Positions 1 through 11,967 of a stretch of 64,000 nucleotides of DNA are shown here, one piece after another. This DNA comes from Macrostomum hystrix (Eukaryota; Animalia; Platyhelminthes), in NCBI GenBank assembly GCA_950097015.1, contig CATNEN010000001.1, forward strand, positions 682,001 through 746,000. The letters are read 5' to 3'. The notes beneath the pieces were generated by a model. It ran no database searches, had not been told where the DNA came from, and worked only from the letters and a program-made list of their open reading frames with translations. Position numbers and translations under genes: made by a program. Position 1 is the stretch's first letter, and each line of letters starts with the position of its first letter.

Positions 1-396
1 GCGTTAAGAAGCAAGCAAGAAATTTTAGAAGCTATTTCGTATTCGTACAAAGACTTTTTATGCATTCGCAGTATTTAATTTCGCAATTATTTTTTAACAG
101 CGCAACATTTTTCGTCTACTAAAGTTGTTGTTCTGGTTAATACGAGCGTAATTGAGCTTATAGTTTTATTGCTTTTAGAAGTATTTGTAGCAAAACAGAA
201 ACCTACATGTACGAGTACAGGTTTGCTGTGGTTGCTAGGTCAAGTGGATTGAATTAAATTTTAGAAATTAAGATCTAAGAAATATTCTCGGTAGGTCCTT
301 CAAATCCTTCGAAATCTTTCAAATTGAGATCTAAGCTTTTTTGTTGCTTAGATCGAATCATCATGTTTTGTGATTAATGTTTTTTAAAGTAAAGTA

Positions 397-1625
397 CGAG
401 CGGTGTTTCAAAAGTTTCCGGACTGACGTCACCATTTTGAGTTGAAATGGCCAAATCACTTGAAATTTGATATGCAATTGCAATAAGATTATTTTTATTA
501 TGTCCTAAAATTTCAGCGCAATCGGATTAACTGATCAAAAGTTGTAATGAATTTTGCATTAAACATCGAAAACAACAAATACGATTTTTGGATTTCAGTT
601 TCAAGCGATCACTCCTAATCACTGTCAGAGTCACTGATACCGTCGGCTGTGTCGCGAGGCTGACAGCTTGCGCGCTCTACGTACTCGCCTTCGATGGAGA
701 TGCACTTCTTGTAGCGCTCAATTAGCGCGTCGAAGCCAGCCTCCCAGAATTCAGCCTTCAGCTGACTAAGCGACTGATTGGTGGCATTGATGACTTCGTC
801 ACGAGTTGAGAAGATCTGACCACGCAGAGGCATCTTCATCTTACCGAATAAATGAAAGTCAGCAATGGCGAGGTCAGGACTGTAGGCAGGATGATTTAGC
901 AGGCGAAAGCCGAGCTCCTCCACCTTCGCCTTTGTGCTAGCGGCAGCATGAGGTCGCGCATTTGGCTGTGTTTTGACCCAAAGTCCGCGGAGTTGGTCGG
1001 TCGACTCATTTCAGAACGGTAGAGCGTAGTAGGCTGCTAAAAATCTTATTCGTTTTGATGCGGCTTTAAGCTGCTAAAGCCGCATCGCAGTTGTCTAATG
1101 TGTCTATGGCTAAAACTCATGTGTCATCGAGAGAAACTTGTAAGCTCGGTATCGATCAGTATCGATTCATTTATTCGGTAAGATGAAGATGCCTCTGCGT
1201 GGTCAGATCTTCTCAACTCGTGACGAAGTCATCAATGCCACCAATCAGTCGCTTAGTCAGCTGAAGGCTGAATTCTGGGAGGCTGGCTTCGACGCGCTAA
1301 TTGAGCGCTACAAGAAGTGCATCTCCATCGAAGGCGAGTACGTAGAGCGCGCAAGCTGTCAGCCTCGCGACACAGCCGACGGTATCAGTGACTCTGACAG
1401 TGATTAGGAGTGATCGCTTGAAACTGAAATCCAAAAATCGTATTTGTTGTTTTCGATGTTTAATGCAAAATTCATTACAACTTTTGATCAGTTAATCCGA
1501 TTGCGCTGAAATTTTAGGACATAATAAAAATAATCTTATTGCAATTGCATATCAAATTTCAAGTGATTTGGCCATTTCAACTCAAAATGGTGACGTCAGT
1601 CCGGAAACTTTTGAAACACCCCTCG
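397..1625. mobile_element. Non-autonomous mariner-derived foldback element (two transposase 3' ends in inverted orientation)
   Basis: Inverted arms 397-856 and 1166-1625 (460 bp each), beginning CGAG(C/G)GGTGTTTCAAAAGTTTCCGG and flanked by TA on both sides (395-396, 1626-1627). The left arm extends to ~962 and encodes NARPH...HPAYSPDLAIADFHLF, the mariner D34D C-terminus; both arms encode the identical C-terminal peptide. Confidence 0.93.
615..962 (-). pseudogene. Mariner transposase C-terminal fragment
   Basis: NARPHAAASTKAKVEELGFRLLNHPAYSPDLAIADFHLF...KCISIEGEYVE; no N-terminal HTH and no first catalytic D. Confidence 0.9.
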
Positions 1626-1715
1626 TATTTCCATTTTTATGTGCTACTGTAAGTAGCGCATTAGTAGCATGCTGTTATAAATGACAAAAATAATTTATTT
1701 TGCAAAATTTCGCAG

Positions 1716-4700
1716 GCCTGCACCCGCGGCAGCGAAGAGTTTCGTCGTTCTAGCTCGGATCTGACACACCTGTGCGCCTTTCACCAGAGAGAGTTGGCCA
1801 GAGCCGCGACTGTTGCATCGAATTCTTCACCGCCATCTGCTCCTAATCCCACCCCAACTGCCCTTAGAGATTCACGATTCTCAAAGGACTCGCTCAATGT
1901 TAACAATAGTACAAATCATGACAGCGCAACTTTTTCGCGTGGATTCGAACGAAAGAAAATTAAAGGCATGTGTTGCATTTAGCATCCGGAATTGTTTCTG
2001 TGAGAAGTTCTAAGAATACAATCTGGTCATAAATACTCATTTTCTTTAGCAATTCTCCCAGATCCTCAGTATCTTTGGGTCAGGTCAGCAATTCTCCCAG
2101 ATCCTCAGTATCTCTGGTTCAGGTCAGCAATTCTCCCAGATCCTCAGTATCTTTGGTCAGGTCAGCAATTCACCCAGATCCTCAGTATCTTTGGGTCAGC
2201 AATTCTCCCAGATCCTCAGTATCTTTGGGTCAGGTCAGCAATTCTCCCAGACCCTCAGAATCTTTGGGTCAGGTCAGCAATTCTCCCAGATCCTCAATAT
2301 CTTTGGGTCAGCAATTCTCCCAGATCCTCAGTATCTTTGGTTCAGGTCAGCAATTCTCCCAGATCCTCAGTATCTTTGGGTCAGGTCAGCAATTCTCCCA
2401 GATCCTCAGTATCTTTGGTTCAGGTCAGCAATTCTCCCAGATCCTCAGTATCTTTGGGTCAGGTCAGCAATTCTCCCAGATCCTCTGTATCTTTGGGTCA
2501 GCAATTCTCCCAGATCCTCAGTATCTTTGGGTCAGCAATTCTCCCAGATCCTCAGTATCTTTGGGTCAGCAATTCTCCCAGATCCTCAGTATCTTTGGGT
2601 CAGCAATTCTCCCAGATCCTCAGTATCTTTGGGTCAGCAATTCTCCCAGATCCTCAGTATCTTTGGGTCAGCAATTCTCCCAGATCCTCAGTATCTTTGG
2701 TTCAGGTCAGAAATTCTCCCAGATCCTCAGTATCTTTGGGTCAGGTCAGCAATTCTCCCAGATCCTCAATATCTTTGGGTCAGGTCAGCAATTCTCCCAG
2801 ATCCTCAGTATCTTTGGGTCAGCAATTCTCCCAGATCCTCAGTATCTTTGGGTCAGGTCAGCAATTCTCCCAGATCCTCAATATCTTTGGGTCAGGTCAG
2901 CAATTCTCCCAGATCCTCAGTATCTTTGGGTCAGGTCAGCAATTCTCCCAGATCCTCAGTATCTTTGGGTCAGGTCAGCAATTCTCCCAGACCCTCAGAA
3001 TCTTTGGGTCAGGTCAGAAATTCTTCCAGATCCTCAGTATCTTTGGGTCAGGTCAGCAATTCACCCAGATCCTCAGTATCTTTGGGTCAGGTCAGCAATT
3101 CTCCCAGACCCTCAGAATCTTTGGGTCAGGTCAGAAATTCTTCCAGATCCTCAGTATCTCACAAATATTCATTTTCTTTGGGTCTGCAATTCTCCCAGAT
3201 CCTCAGTATCTTTGGGTCAGTAATTCTCCCAGATCCTCAGTATCTTTGGGTCAGTAATTCTCCCAGATCCTAAGAAATGTCACAAGGCTCTCAGAGTTAG
3301 TAATCAAAGTGTTTATTTATCCACCCTTTAATTTCATAATCAGAACTGTACGGTCAGCCAGCATGGTGGGGCACAGATGAAGCGGACGAAGAGCACGAAG
3401 AGCAAACTATTCAGCATTCAAAGCAGCAGAAGCAGCAGCAGCAGCATTCTATTCCGCAGCCTCCACCGCAGGCTTCTCCCGTTCGTTCTGTACAGCCGAA
3501 TCGTCACGCCGAAGCTTTCACCGTGACACTGGAGGCTACTGAACACCCAGCTGCTCACGGCGACACGTCCTCCGAATGCGGCGACGGCAGCGGCGGCGGC
3601 GGCGGCGGCAGCAGCGACTGCCTGCTTCAAGTGTCGGACAGTCTAAGCCGTTTTGTGCCGTCGAAGATACGAAAAAGTTTCCAAGAGCGACAAGAAATGA
3701 AAAGAAAAAAGGTTGAAGAACTGAGGGAGAGAACTAGGCAGCAGCAGCCGTCGATTGCGTCAGCAAAGAGGCCAACAGCATCAAGACAGTCTTCAGCTCC
3801 GTCGGCGCATCCTATTCCTAAGCAGTCAACAGCTGCTGCGCATCCAGCTGCTGGCTCTGCTAGGCAAAGCCGCATCGGCAGTGGCAGCGGCAGCAACCCA
3901 ACTGGCAGTGGCAAGGCTCTTCTGCTTGATCGCCTTCTCAACAGCAGCAACAGCAGCAAGGGCGGTGGTAGTGGCGTCGCTGCTCCTGCTGCTGCTGTTG
4001 CTACAGATCGGCGCCGTTCAAGCGAAGTTGGAAGCAAAGTCGGCGGCATACGAAATAAACCACTGCCGCCGCCTCCTCCGCTTTCGCAGAAGCAGCAGAG
4101 TAAGCAACAGCAGCAACAGTCAAAGTTTCGTCAGCATCAGCAACAACAGCAGCAGCAGCAGCAGCAGCAGCGGCCTAAAGAGCTTCCTCTAACAGAACGC
4201 GATCTGTACTCCGAAGCAAGTCGCTTTGAGGAAGCCGCAGTTGAACCTGATGTTGATAATCGCGAAGCTGATGAAGACGAAGAACTTGAAGAAGAAGAGC
4301 AAGTGGACGATGACCAAGTCGATGCCGAAGCTGCTAACGATGCGGCTAGCGACGCTGGAACATACACAATATCGGAGAGCGGAAGCGCGCACGAGGATGC
4401 TGAATTCCGGCACCTGGAGGCTCTGGCTGATAGTCTTGATGCCGGACAGGTTAGTCTCACTAAATCCCGATATTTGGATTTGAATGATCCTGGATCCTCG
4501 GATTGGGATTTGAGCTATCCTAGATCCTCAGGTTGGGATTTGAGCGATCCTAGATCCTCAGGTTGGGATTTGAGCGATCCTAGATCCTCAGGTTGGGATT
4601 TAAGCGATCCTAGATCCTCAGGTTGGGATTGGAGCCATCCTAGATCCTCAGATTGGGATTTGAGCGATCCTAGATGCTCGGATTGGGATTTAAGCGACCC

Positions 4701-7700
4701 TAGATCCTCAGATTGGGATTTGAATGATCCTGGATCCTCGGATTGGGATTTGAATGATCCTGGATCCTCAGGTTGGGATTTGAGTGATCCTAGATCCTCA
4801 GATTGGGATTTAAGCGATCCTAGATCCTCAGATTGGGAATTGAGTGATCCTAGATCCTCAGATTGGGAATTGAGCGATCCTAGATCCTCAGATTGGGATT
4901 TAAGCGATCCTAGATCCTCAGATTGGAAATTGAGCGATCCTAGATCCTCAGATTGGGAATTGAGCGATCCTAGATCCTCAGATTGGGAATTGAGTGATCC
5001 TAGATCCTCAGATTGGGAATTGAGCGATCCTAGATCCTCAGATTGGGAATTGAGCGATCCTAGATCCTCAGATTGGGAATTGAGCGATCCTAGATCCTCA
5101 GATTGGGATTTAAGCGATCCTAGATCCTCAGATTGGGAATTGAGTGATCCTAGATCCTCAGATTGGGATTTAAGCGATCCTAGATCCTCAGATTGGGAAT
5201 TGAGCGATCCTAGATCCTCAGATTGGGAATTGAGCGATCCTAGATCCTCAGATTGGGAATTGAGCGATCCTAGATCCTCAGATTGGGATTTAAGCGATCC
5301 TAGATCCTCAGATTGGGAATTGAGTGATCCTAGATCCTCAGATTGGGATTTAAGCGATCCTAGATCCTCAGATTGGGAATTGAGCGATCCTAGATCCTCA
5401 GATTGGGATTTAAGCGATCCTAGATCCTCAGATTGGGAATTGAGTGATCCTAGATCCTCAGATTGGGAATTGAGTGATCCTAGATCCTCAGATTGGGATT
5501 TGAGCGATACTAGATCCTCAGATTGGGATATAAACAGTCTTAGATCTTAGATAAATAATCTAATTCGTGGTTGCTATGGACCTTGTTTTCTAGAAGACAA
5601 AATTATCCTCAATTTTCTTGTTCCATCCATCAATATTTTCCTTCTGAATTTTATGTTGTGAAATCCAATTAGGTCGTGACTAATGCCTAGAGTAAGAAGT
5701 GATTTACCATAGGTTTGTATTGTGCAACAACAGCATTACGATGGTGTTTTGTGAGCCTAAAGACATTTTCTATGTCTGCAAACCATAAGTCTTCACTTTT
5801 TCGTCTTGACGGGTCAAATTTCCTTCGACTGCCCAAAATGATTTGGCTGCTAGCTTGTGTCTGCACACTCTAGTTTGTTTTCCGCTAAGGTTAAAGTTTA
5901 AAAGAACTTTGCCGCCTGATCTTTAAAGGCTTAACTTTCCGGTTCATGGATTTAGGCACTTATTTTTAGTTATGGCTTATAACTCAGTCTTTTTCCCATT
6001 TCTTCCCGTTTCTTCCCCTTTCTTCCCATTTCTTCCCGATTCTTTCCATTTCTTCCCCTTTCTTCCCCTTTTCTCCGTTTTCTCCCCCTCTTCCCATTTA
6101 TCTCCTTTCTTCCCCTTTCTTCCCCTTTTCTCCCCATCTTCCCATTTTCTCTCCCCTCTTCCCCTTCCTTCCCCTTCGTCCACTTTCTTCCCCTTTCTTC
6201 CCCATTCTTTCCATTTCTTCCATTTTCTCCCCCTCTTCCTATTTTCTCTCCCCTCTTCCCCTTTCTTCCCATTCCTCCACTTTCTTCCCCTTCCTTCCCC
6301 TTCGTCCACTTTCTTCCCCTTTCTTCCCCATTCTTTCCATTTCTTCCATTTTCTCCCCCTCTTCCTATTTTCTCTCCCCTCTTCCCCTTTCTTCCCATTC
6401 CTCCACTTTCTTCCCCTTCCTTTACTATTCTCCAATTTTGTCCCATGTTTTCCCCGTTTGTTTCCTTCTTTGTCATTTCTTCCTATTTGATCTTTATTTC
6501 CTTCTCTATCCTTACTTCCCCTTTCTCCCATTGCTTCTCGCGTCCTTCCATTTCTTTTCCCTTCTTTTTTTCTTACTCACTGTCTTCCCTTCTCTACCTG
6601 TTTCTTCCATTTTATTCCCATATATCACAGTCTCTTCCCATTTCGGCTTTGCCTTCTCTTTTCCGTTTTTTCGATCTCCGAGTCTTCCCATTTAGCTTCT
6701 TCAACTTATCTCTGTTTCCTCTTTTCTGTTTCTCATCTTATTTTGCACTCAGAAAGAACTTCCTGCTGACACCGTTATGTTTATTTATTAACGTTCTCTA
6801 GATTCTTAATCTAGCTATATTTTCTAACTACGAGTAATTCTATTACTTCTATAGGTCTCCGTATTTTTAATGTACTTTTAAATGCTCATCCAATGCGATT
6901 GTGAAATCCTACTCAACGCTGAGCATAAGCAGCTATGCATTTATCCAATCAACAGTGGCCAATCGGTGTTGAGCTATCTAGTAACCATACCGAATTTCGC
7001 AGCCTCGTATTTCTGCCTTCGCCGATGAATATATGCTCTGAAATCTAGGACATTTCGTAGAAATAAAACTTTTGTTTGGCTTAAGTTCGATTTCTTTGCT
7101 TAATTAGATACTGAAAATTTGTCTTTAAATTATGAACTTCATAACTAGACCATTTTTACGGATTAAAAAGGTAATATTTATACTTTGTTATCCATTCTGA
7201 TGTCGGGATTAACTGAATGAACTGCCGATTCTCTTTGTCGTTAGCTACTGTTTAAATTATCCTATTTTTTTGCCCAATTTTTTTAGGGGGTCAGTGGCAG
7301 AGCGATCTAACGTGTGTGACTCTCGCACCATGGTGCCTGAGCTCGATTCCGCGGCGAGGCCACATTCATTTAGAGAAGGCTTGGGGGCTTGTCGTGCAAT
7401 TTACGCCCTTGAGGGCAAACCTCCAAGACACAGTGACATTTTACACTGCCTGACGATGAGAAAGTCAGGGTAGATGTGTGCGTGTGTGCTCAGGAGTCAG
7501 CGAAATGGGCAGAATTGCCTCCTCGCTGGCTGCGGGTCTAGTGTCACCAAACGATGTGCCATTGGCTGCAGCCCTCCTGCAATTATTTTTATTAAATCTA
7601 AGATCGTTTTTTTGCATTGTTGTTTGGTTGAAATAATTAGTATGTGGGGCAAATTTCTTGGAAAGTGACCTCTGATGACTCAACTGCAAAATCTGTTTCT

Positions 7701-9045
7701 CAGACTGCGAGATTCGAATGGGAAATCCAGCAACGCCTTATCCCAAATCCCAAGGCGTCCCGGACTCCGGGGTTTAAGGATAATACTGCTAATCCTTGCA
7801 ATGTGATTGCATTTTCAGTGTTGGACAGAAGAGCGGCAGAAATTGTTCATACTATTTATCATTGCTGCGCACTGCAAGCGTAGAGGATTAGGAAATGGTA
7901 TTGGATAAGCAGAGATTGCTTGAAGGCTAACAAAATCCCAGCCTAGAGATTGCAATTTGCCTTCCCCCTGTGTCTTTGCCTATTGATCGGAGCTGCAATC
8001 AATATTTTTCCTGTTAGATTCTTTTAGAAGTCAAGCTTCTTTGTTGGCTAGAGTGAGAGATTCACTAAAAGTACATTTCTACGCAACCTAAGCAATCCTA
8101 AACAAAAAAAATAAATTATTTTTCTCAGGAACTCGAATTGAAAGCCGGACCAAAATGGGTCGCCGAAATGGTCAGCGCCAATGGGGCGGTGGTGTCCGCT
8201 GCATCACCATCTACAGCAGCAGCAGCAGCTAGAAATCTACAGTCTGGCTCTCCAATTGCTCTTAGGCGCGGTGAAAAGGCTAACATGACAGTGACTTGCG
8301 GCCAAAACAAATCTACAGGTGAGAACAAGCGACAGATGGAGAAAGCCATGATGGGGAAGAATGGGGAAACAGGATGGGAAAGAATAAGACAGGGTGGGAA
8401 ATAATAAGACAGGGTGGGAAAGAATAAAGACAGGGTGGTTAAAAACAAAGGCAGGATAGATAGGAAGAATGTAGACAGGATGGGGAAGAATGTAGACGAT
8501 GGGGAAGAATGGAGACAGGATGGGGAAGAATGGAGACAGGACCGGGAAGAATGGTGGCAGGACGGGGAAGAATGGTGGCAGGACGGGGAAGAATGGTGGC
8601 AGGACGGGGAAGAATGGAGACAGGATGGAGAAGAATGGAGACAGGATGGGGAAGAATGGAGACAGGAAGGGAAAGAATGTAGACAGGATTGGGAAGAATG
8701 GGGAAATAGGATGGGAAAGAATATAGACAGGATGGGGAAGAATGGGATCTGAATGGGGAAGAATCGGATCTGAATGGGGAAGAACGGGGACAGGATGGGG
8801 AAGAATGTAGACAGGGTGAGGAAGTAGAGTGACAGGATAAGGATGAAATGAAGGATTACTATTTTGAATCCCATTTCAGACTCGGTCACTGGCAGGCAGC
8901 CGTCGCAGGCTCCGGAACCAGCAGCTTATTCTAGCTCTGACACTGTTGAAGAGGTTGCTAGTCAGCGTTCTGAAATTTCCGACGTTCTTAGCAGCGTTAA
9001 CGTAGCGGCCAAAACTTGCACTGACGACAGCCGACACGCTGACCT

Positions 9046-9081
<36 letters not shown>

Positions 9082-11827
9082 TCTTCTAGAAGAGCAGCGT
9101 TCTGCCTCGTTGGACACAGCTTGCCTTCTGCAGGACACGGCCACCATCCTGCACCACATGGAGGCTCGTCTGGCACGCGGCGCCATTCCGTTTGTTGACG
9201 ATGAGGATTCTGGCGAAGCCGAGACTCTGCCTAACTCGCGGAGTCTCCGATCCAGACTGTCTGCGATCAGGCCCGCAAAGACTCAGGCTCATCAGCATCA
9301 GCAACATCAGCAACATCAGCAGCAGCAGCATCAGCATCAGCAGCAGCAGCAGCAACGTCAGGTGTTTGAGTACGGTCGGCACTCTTTGAAGATGCCTGCT
9401 TCAAGTACTCATCCGCTGCCGGTTTCTAGAAGTGCCGCAGCCGCAGCCGCAGCCGCAGCCGCAGCCGCCGCTGCCGTGTCGTCTGTCGCTTCAACTGGCG
9501 TTCAACCGCCAAGAATGCTTTCGGCTGGCTCGCCGTCGTCTTGGCGCGGTCGTCGGCCGGAGAGTCTGCACGAGTCGACCGCTGCTGCCGCCGCCGCTGG
9601 GGTTGCTGGCAGTCGTCAGATACGCGGCTCGGCTGAGGACGTCTGTTCGACCAATTTCAGAGACCGCGTTGGCAGAGGCGGCGGCACCGATTTGAGTCGC
9701 GATTTAGAACGACTGGCAAGGAAAGAGGTTTGTGTACATGTTTAGCAGTACTTTTTATCGGTTTTGGGTTGTTTTTAGGGTTGATTTTAGGCTGGCTTTT
9801 GAAGTGGAGTAGCTTTATTTATATTTTAGAATACTAGCTTTATGATTTGCTTTAGTGTGGTTTTTAGGTCGATTTTAGATGTTGTTTTAGATTTTCGGAA
9901 TGTATTTAGTTAATAGGAGTGGATTTACTTTGACTTTAGGAGTAGTTTATTATTTTAGGAGAGGATTTAGATTTTAGGAGAGGATTTAGATTTTAGGAGA
10001 GGATTTAGATTTTAGGAGAGGATTTAGATTTCAGGAGTGGATTTAGATTTTAGGAGAGGATTTAGATTTCAGGAGTGGATTTTGATTTTAGGAGAGGATT
10101 TAGATTTTAGGAGTGGATTTTGATTTTAGGAGAGGATTTAGATTTTAGGAGAGGATTTAGATTTTAGGAGTGGATTTAGATTTTGGGAGTGGCTTTAGAT
10201 TTTACGAGTGGATTTATATTTTACGAGTGGATTTAGGTTTTAGGAGTGGATTTATATTTTAGGAGTGGCTTTAGATTTTAGGAGTCGATTTATATTTTAC
10301 GAGTGGATTTAGGTTTTAGGAGTGGATTTATATTTTAGGAGTGGATTTAGATTTTAGGAGTGGATTTAGATTTTACGAGTGGATTTAGGTTTTAGGAGTG
10401 GATTTAGGTTTTAGGAGTGGCTTTAGATTTTACGAGTGGATTTAGATTTTACGAGTGGATTTAGATTTTACGAGTGGATTTAGATTTTAGGAATATTTTT
10501 GTTAGAATTTTGAAGTGGATTTAGATTTTAGTCGTGGTTTTTTTTGTTTTTTTACTTTTTATTTAGTTCTGTCAGCTTGAGTTTATGCGTGCATCTGTGT
10601 AAATAATTAAATAACTGGCACGTCTTGCTTCTAACTCGCCCCCCCAACCCAGGACTTGGTTGGCGCCGGTCGCCTGTCGGCATTCTCGCCAATCGGCAGC
10701 CGATCTCCTTCGGCAGCATCGATCGGGCGCAGTTTCGCCAGCCTCGGCGCCACTGGCACTGCGGACAGCCCAAGCAATCCAAACACTCACAGCTGCTGCT
10801 GCAATTGCCACCAGCATCAGCAGCAGCATCAGCGTGACGATGCTGCCTACGACACCGTGCTGATGTCAAGCCTGGTACGCATGACAGTCAAACTGCGCCG
10901 CTGCTCCGACGGCCTTCTTGGCCGGCTACGACGCAGTCGACATTTGAGTCGAACCCCGAGTCCGGCTGACGACGTCCTGCTGAACAGTCCCGAAGCTGCC
11001 GCCGCTTCTGCTGCCGCTACCGAGCGGGAGAGAAGCGACTTGCAAGAGAATATGCATTCGTGTCTGTACAATCTGCAGGCTGTGCAGTATCATATGCAGA
11101 GTGAGTTTTGGCGTGGGGTCGGAGCGTCATGGGATTAATCGGTTACATTACGAAGGACTTACTAGAAGTACATTTGGGAATAATTATCAAAAAGTAGCAC
11201 TGAGGATTTTTTGTAGTTACATTAAAATGTTTTTAAAGTACAATGAGGAGGAATTGTTTAAAGTACATTCCAGAAAACATCTATAAAAGTACACTCAGTA
11301 GGAATAATTATAAGTACATTGAGTACTTTCATGACGAACCTCAAAATTTTCATTCAAAAAGGCACTATTTAAAGTACTTTAAAAAAAGAAACTTTGAAAG
11401 TAAGTTCAGGAAGATGATAAAAAAGTAAATTAGGAAAGAATTCGCAACAGTAGATTGAAGTTCAATTATTAAAAGTACCATCAACGATTTTTAATTGCAT
11501 TCTGAAAATGTTTTTTAAAGTACTACTTGAAAGATCTATAAAAATTCCATTGAGGAGGAATCTTTAAAAGTACATCGGGAGATTAAAACTACTTTAAGAA
11601 AGAAGACGAGGCTTTCACAAAATTTCCCAATCTCTAATCCCATTACAGTCATCGAGCGGGCCATCTATCCCCAGGCTCAGAGCGGTCGCAACTCCGCCCT
11701 TGGCAGCTACTCCGAGGGCGACTACCTGGCAGAACGGGAGAGAATTAATAACGAGGTGCGCGGCTTCCAACCAATTGAACCAGCTTTCCCAGCCACCCAG
11801 ATGCGGTTCTACACTGATTATAAATAG
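1716..11827 (+). CDS. CEP170: CEP170/CEP170B-like centrosomal protein (5'-partial; FHA-encoding exons presumably upstream of the window)
   Basis: Exons 1716-1965 (GC donor, inferred), 3344-4449, 8129-8318, 8880-9727, 10653-11100, 11649-11827(TAG); all phases are consistent. CEP170 family motifs LYGQPAWWG, AFTVTL, SDAGTYTI, KWVAEMVS and a C-terminal helical region (YDTVLMSSLVRMTVKLRR...LYNLQAVQYHMQIIERAIYP). Confidence 0.8.
2047..3270. repeat. Intronic minisatellite, 39/34-bp unit
   Basis: GGGTCA(GGTCA)GCAATTCTCCCAGATCCTCAGTATCTTT in tandem; explains the three overlapping ORFs at 2075-3273. Confidence 0.95.
4470..5550. repeat. Intronic minisatellite, 30-bp unit
   Basis: GATTGGGA(A/T)TTGAGCGATCCTAGATCCTCA in tandem, starting ~20 bp after the GT donor at 4450. 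Confidence 0.95.
5990..6730. repeat. Polypyrimidine low-complexity tract with an internal ~120-bp tandem duplication
   Basis: Almost purely C/T on the + strand; the block at ~6160-6290 is repeated at ~6283-6420. Confidence 0.85.
7286..7593 (+). mobile_element. tRNA-derived SINE (family A), near full length
   Basis: Head with A-box-like TGGCAGAGCGAT and B-box-like GCTCGATTCC; body CTGCCTGACGATGAGAAAGTCAGG...GCCTCCTCGCTGGCTGCGGGTCTAGTGTCACC; (TAT)-type tail. Homologous copies at 19.5, 27.7, 49.0, 51.2 and 57.7 kb. Confidence 0.85.
8340..8850. repeat. Intronic purine-rich minisatellite, ~21-bp unit
   Basis: GGGGAAGAATGGAGACAGGAT-like units filling the 8319-8879 intron. Confidence 0.9.
9950..10530. 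repeat. Intronic minisatellite, 19-bp unit
   Basis: GAG(A/T)GGATTTAGATTTTAG in tandem. Confidence 0.9.
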
Positions 11828-11967
11828 ATCTCTTTCAGCTTACCGGCTATTGGCTAATGATAAAAGTTTCATGTTGCCCATTTTTATGCCAAGAGGAGAA
11901 TTCCTGAAAATATTGAGCTGCGCCTAATATTTTGGCTTGAGCAGTGAAATCAGAATGACCAATGCGC

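Noticed and set aside
191-220. 30-bp upstream micro-exon of the CEP170-like gene
   Set aside because: AG...GT boundaries fit phase 0, but there is no recognisable homology; cannot be supported without transcripts.
2075-3273. Three long overlapping ORFs (306-382 aa)
   Set aside because: Translations of a stop-free minisatellite inside an intron; open in all three frames.
7448-7550. Complete hammerhead or HDV ribozyme in SINE A
   Set aside because: CTGACGA and GAAA are only 3 nt apart (no stem II); HDV-like segments are in the wrong order with no P1 partner, and the L3-like word varies among copies. Kept only as a low-confidence lead.
9950-10530. Interstitial telomeric repeat
   Set aside because: TTTTAGG occurs only as part of a 19-bp unit; no (TTAGGG)n run.
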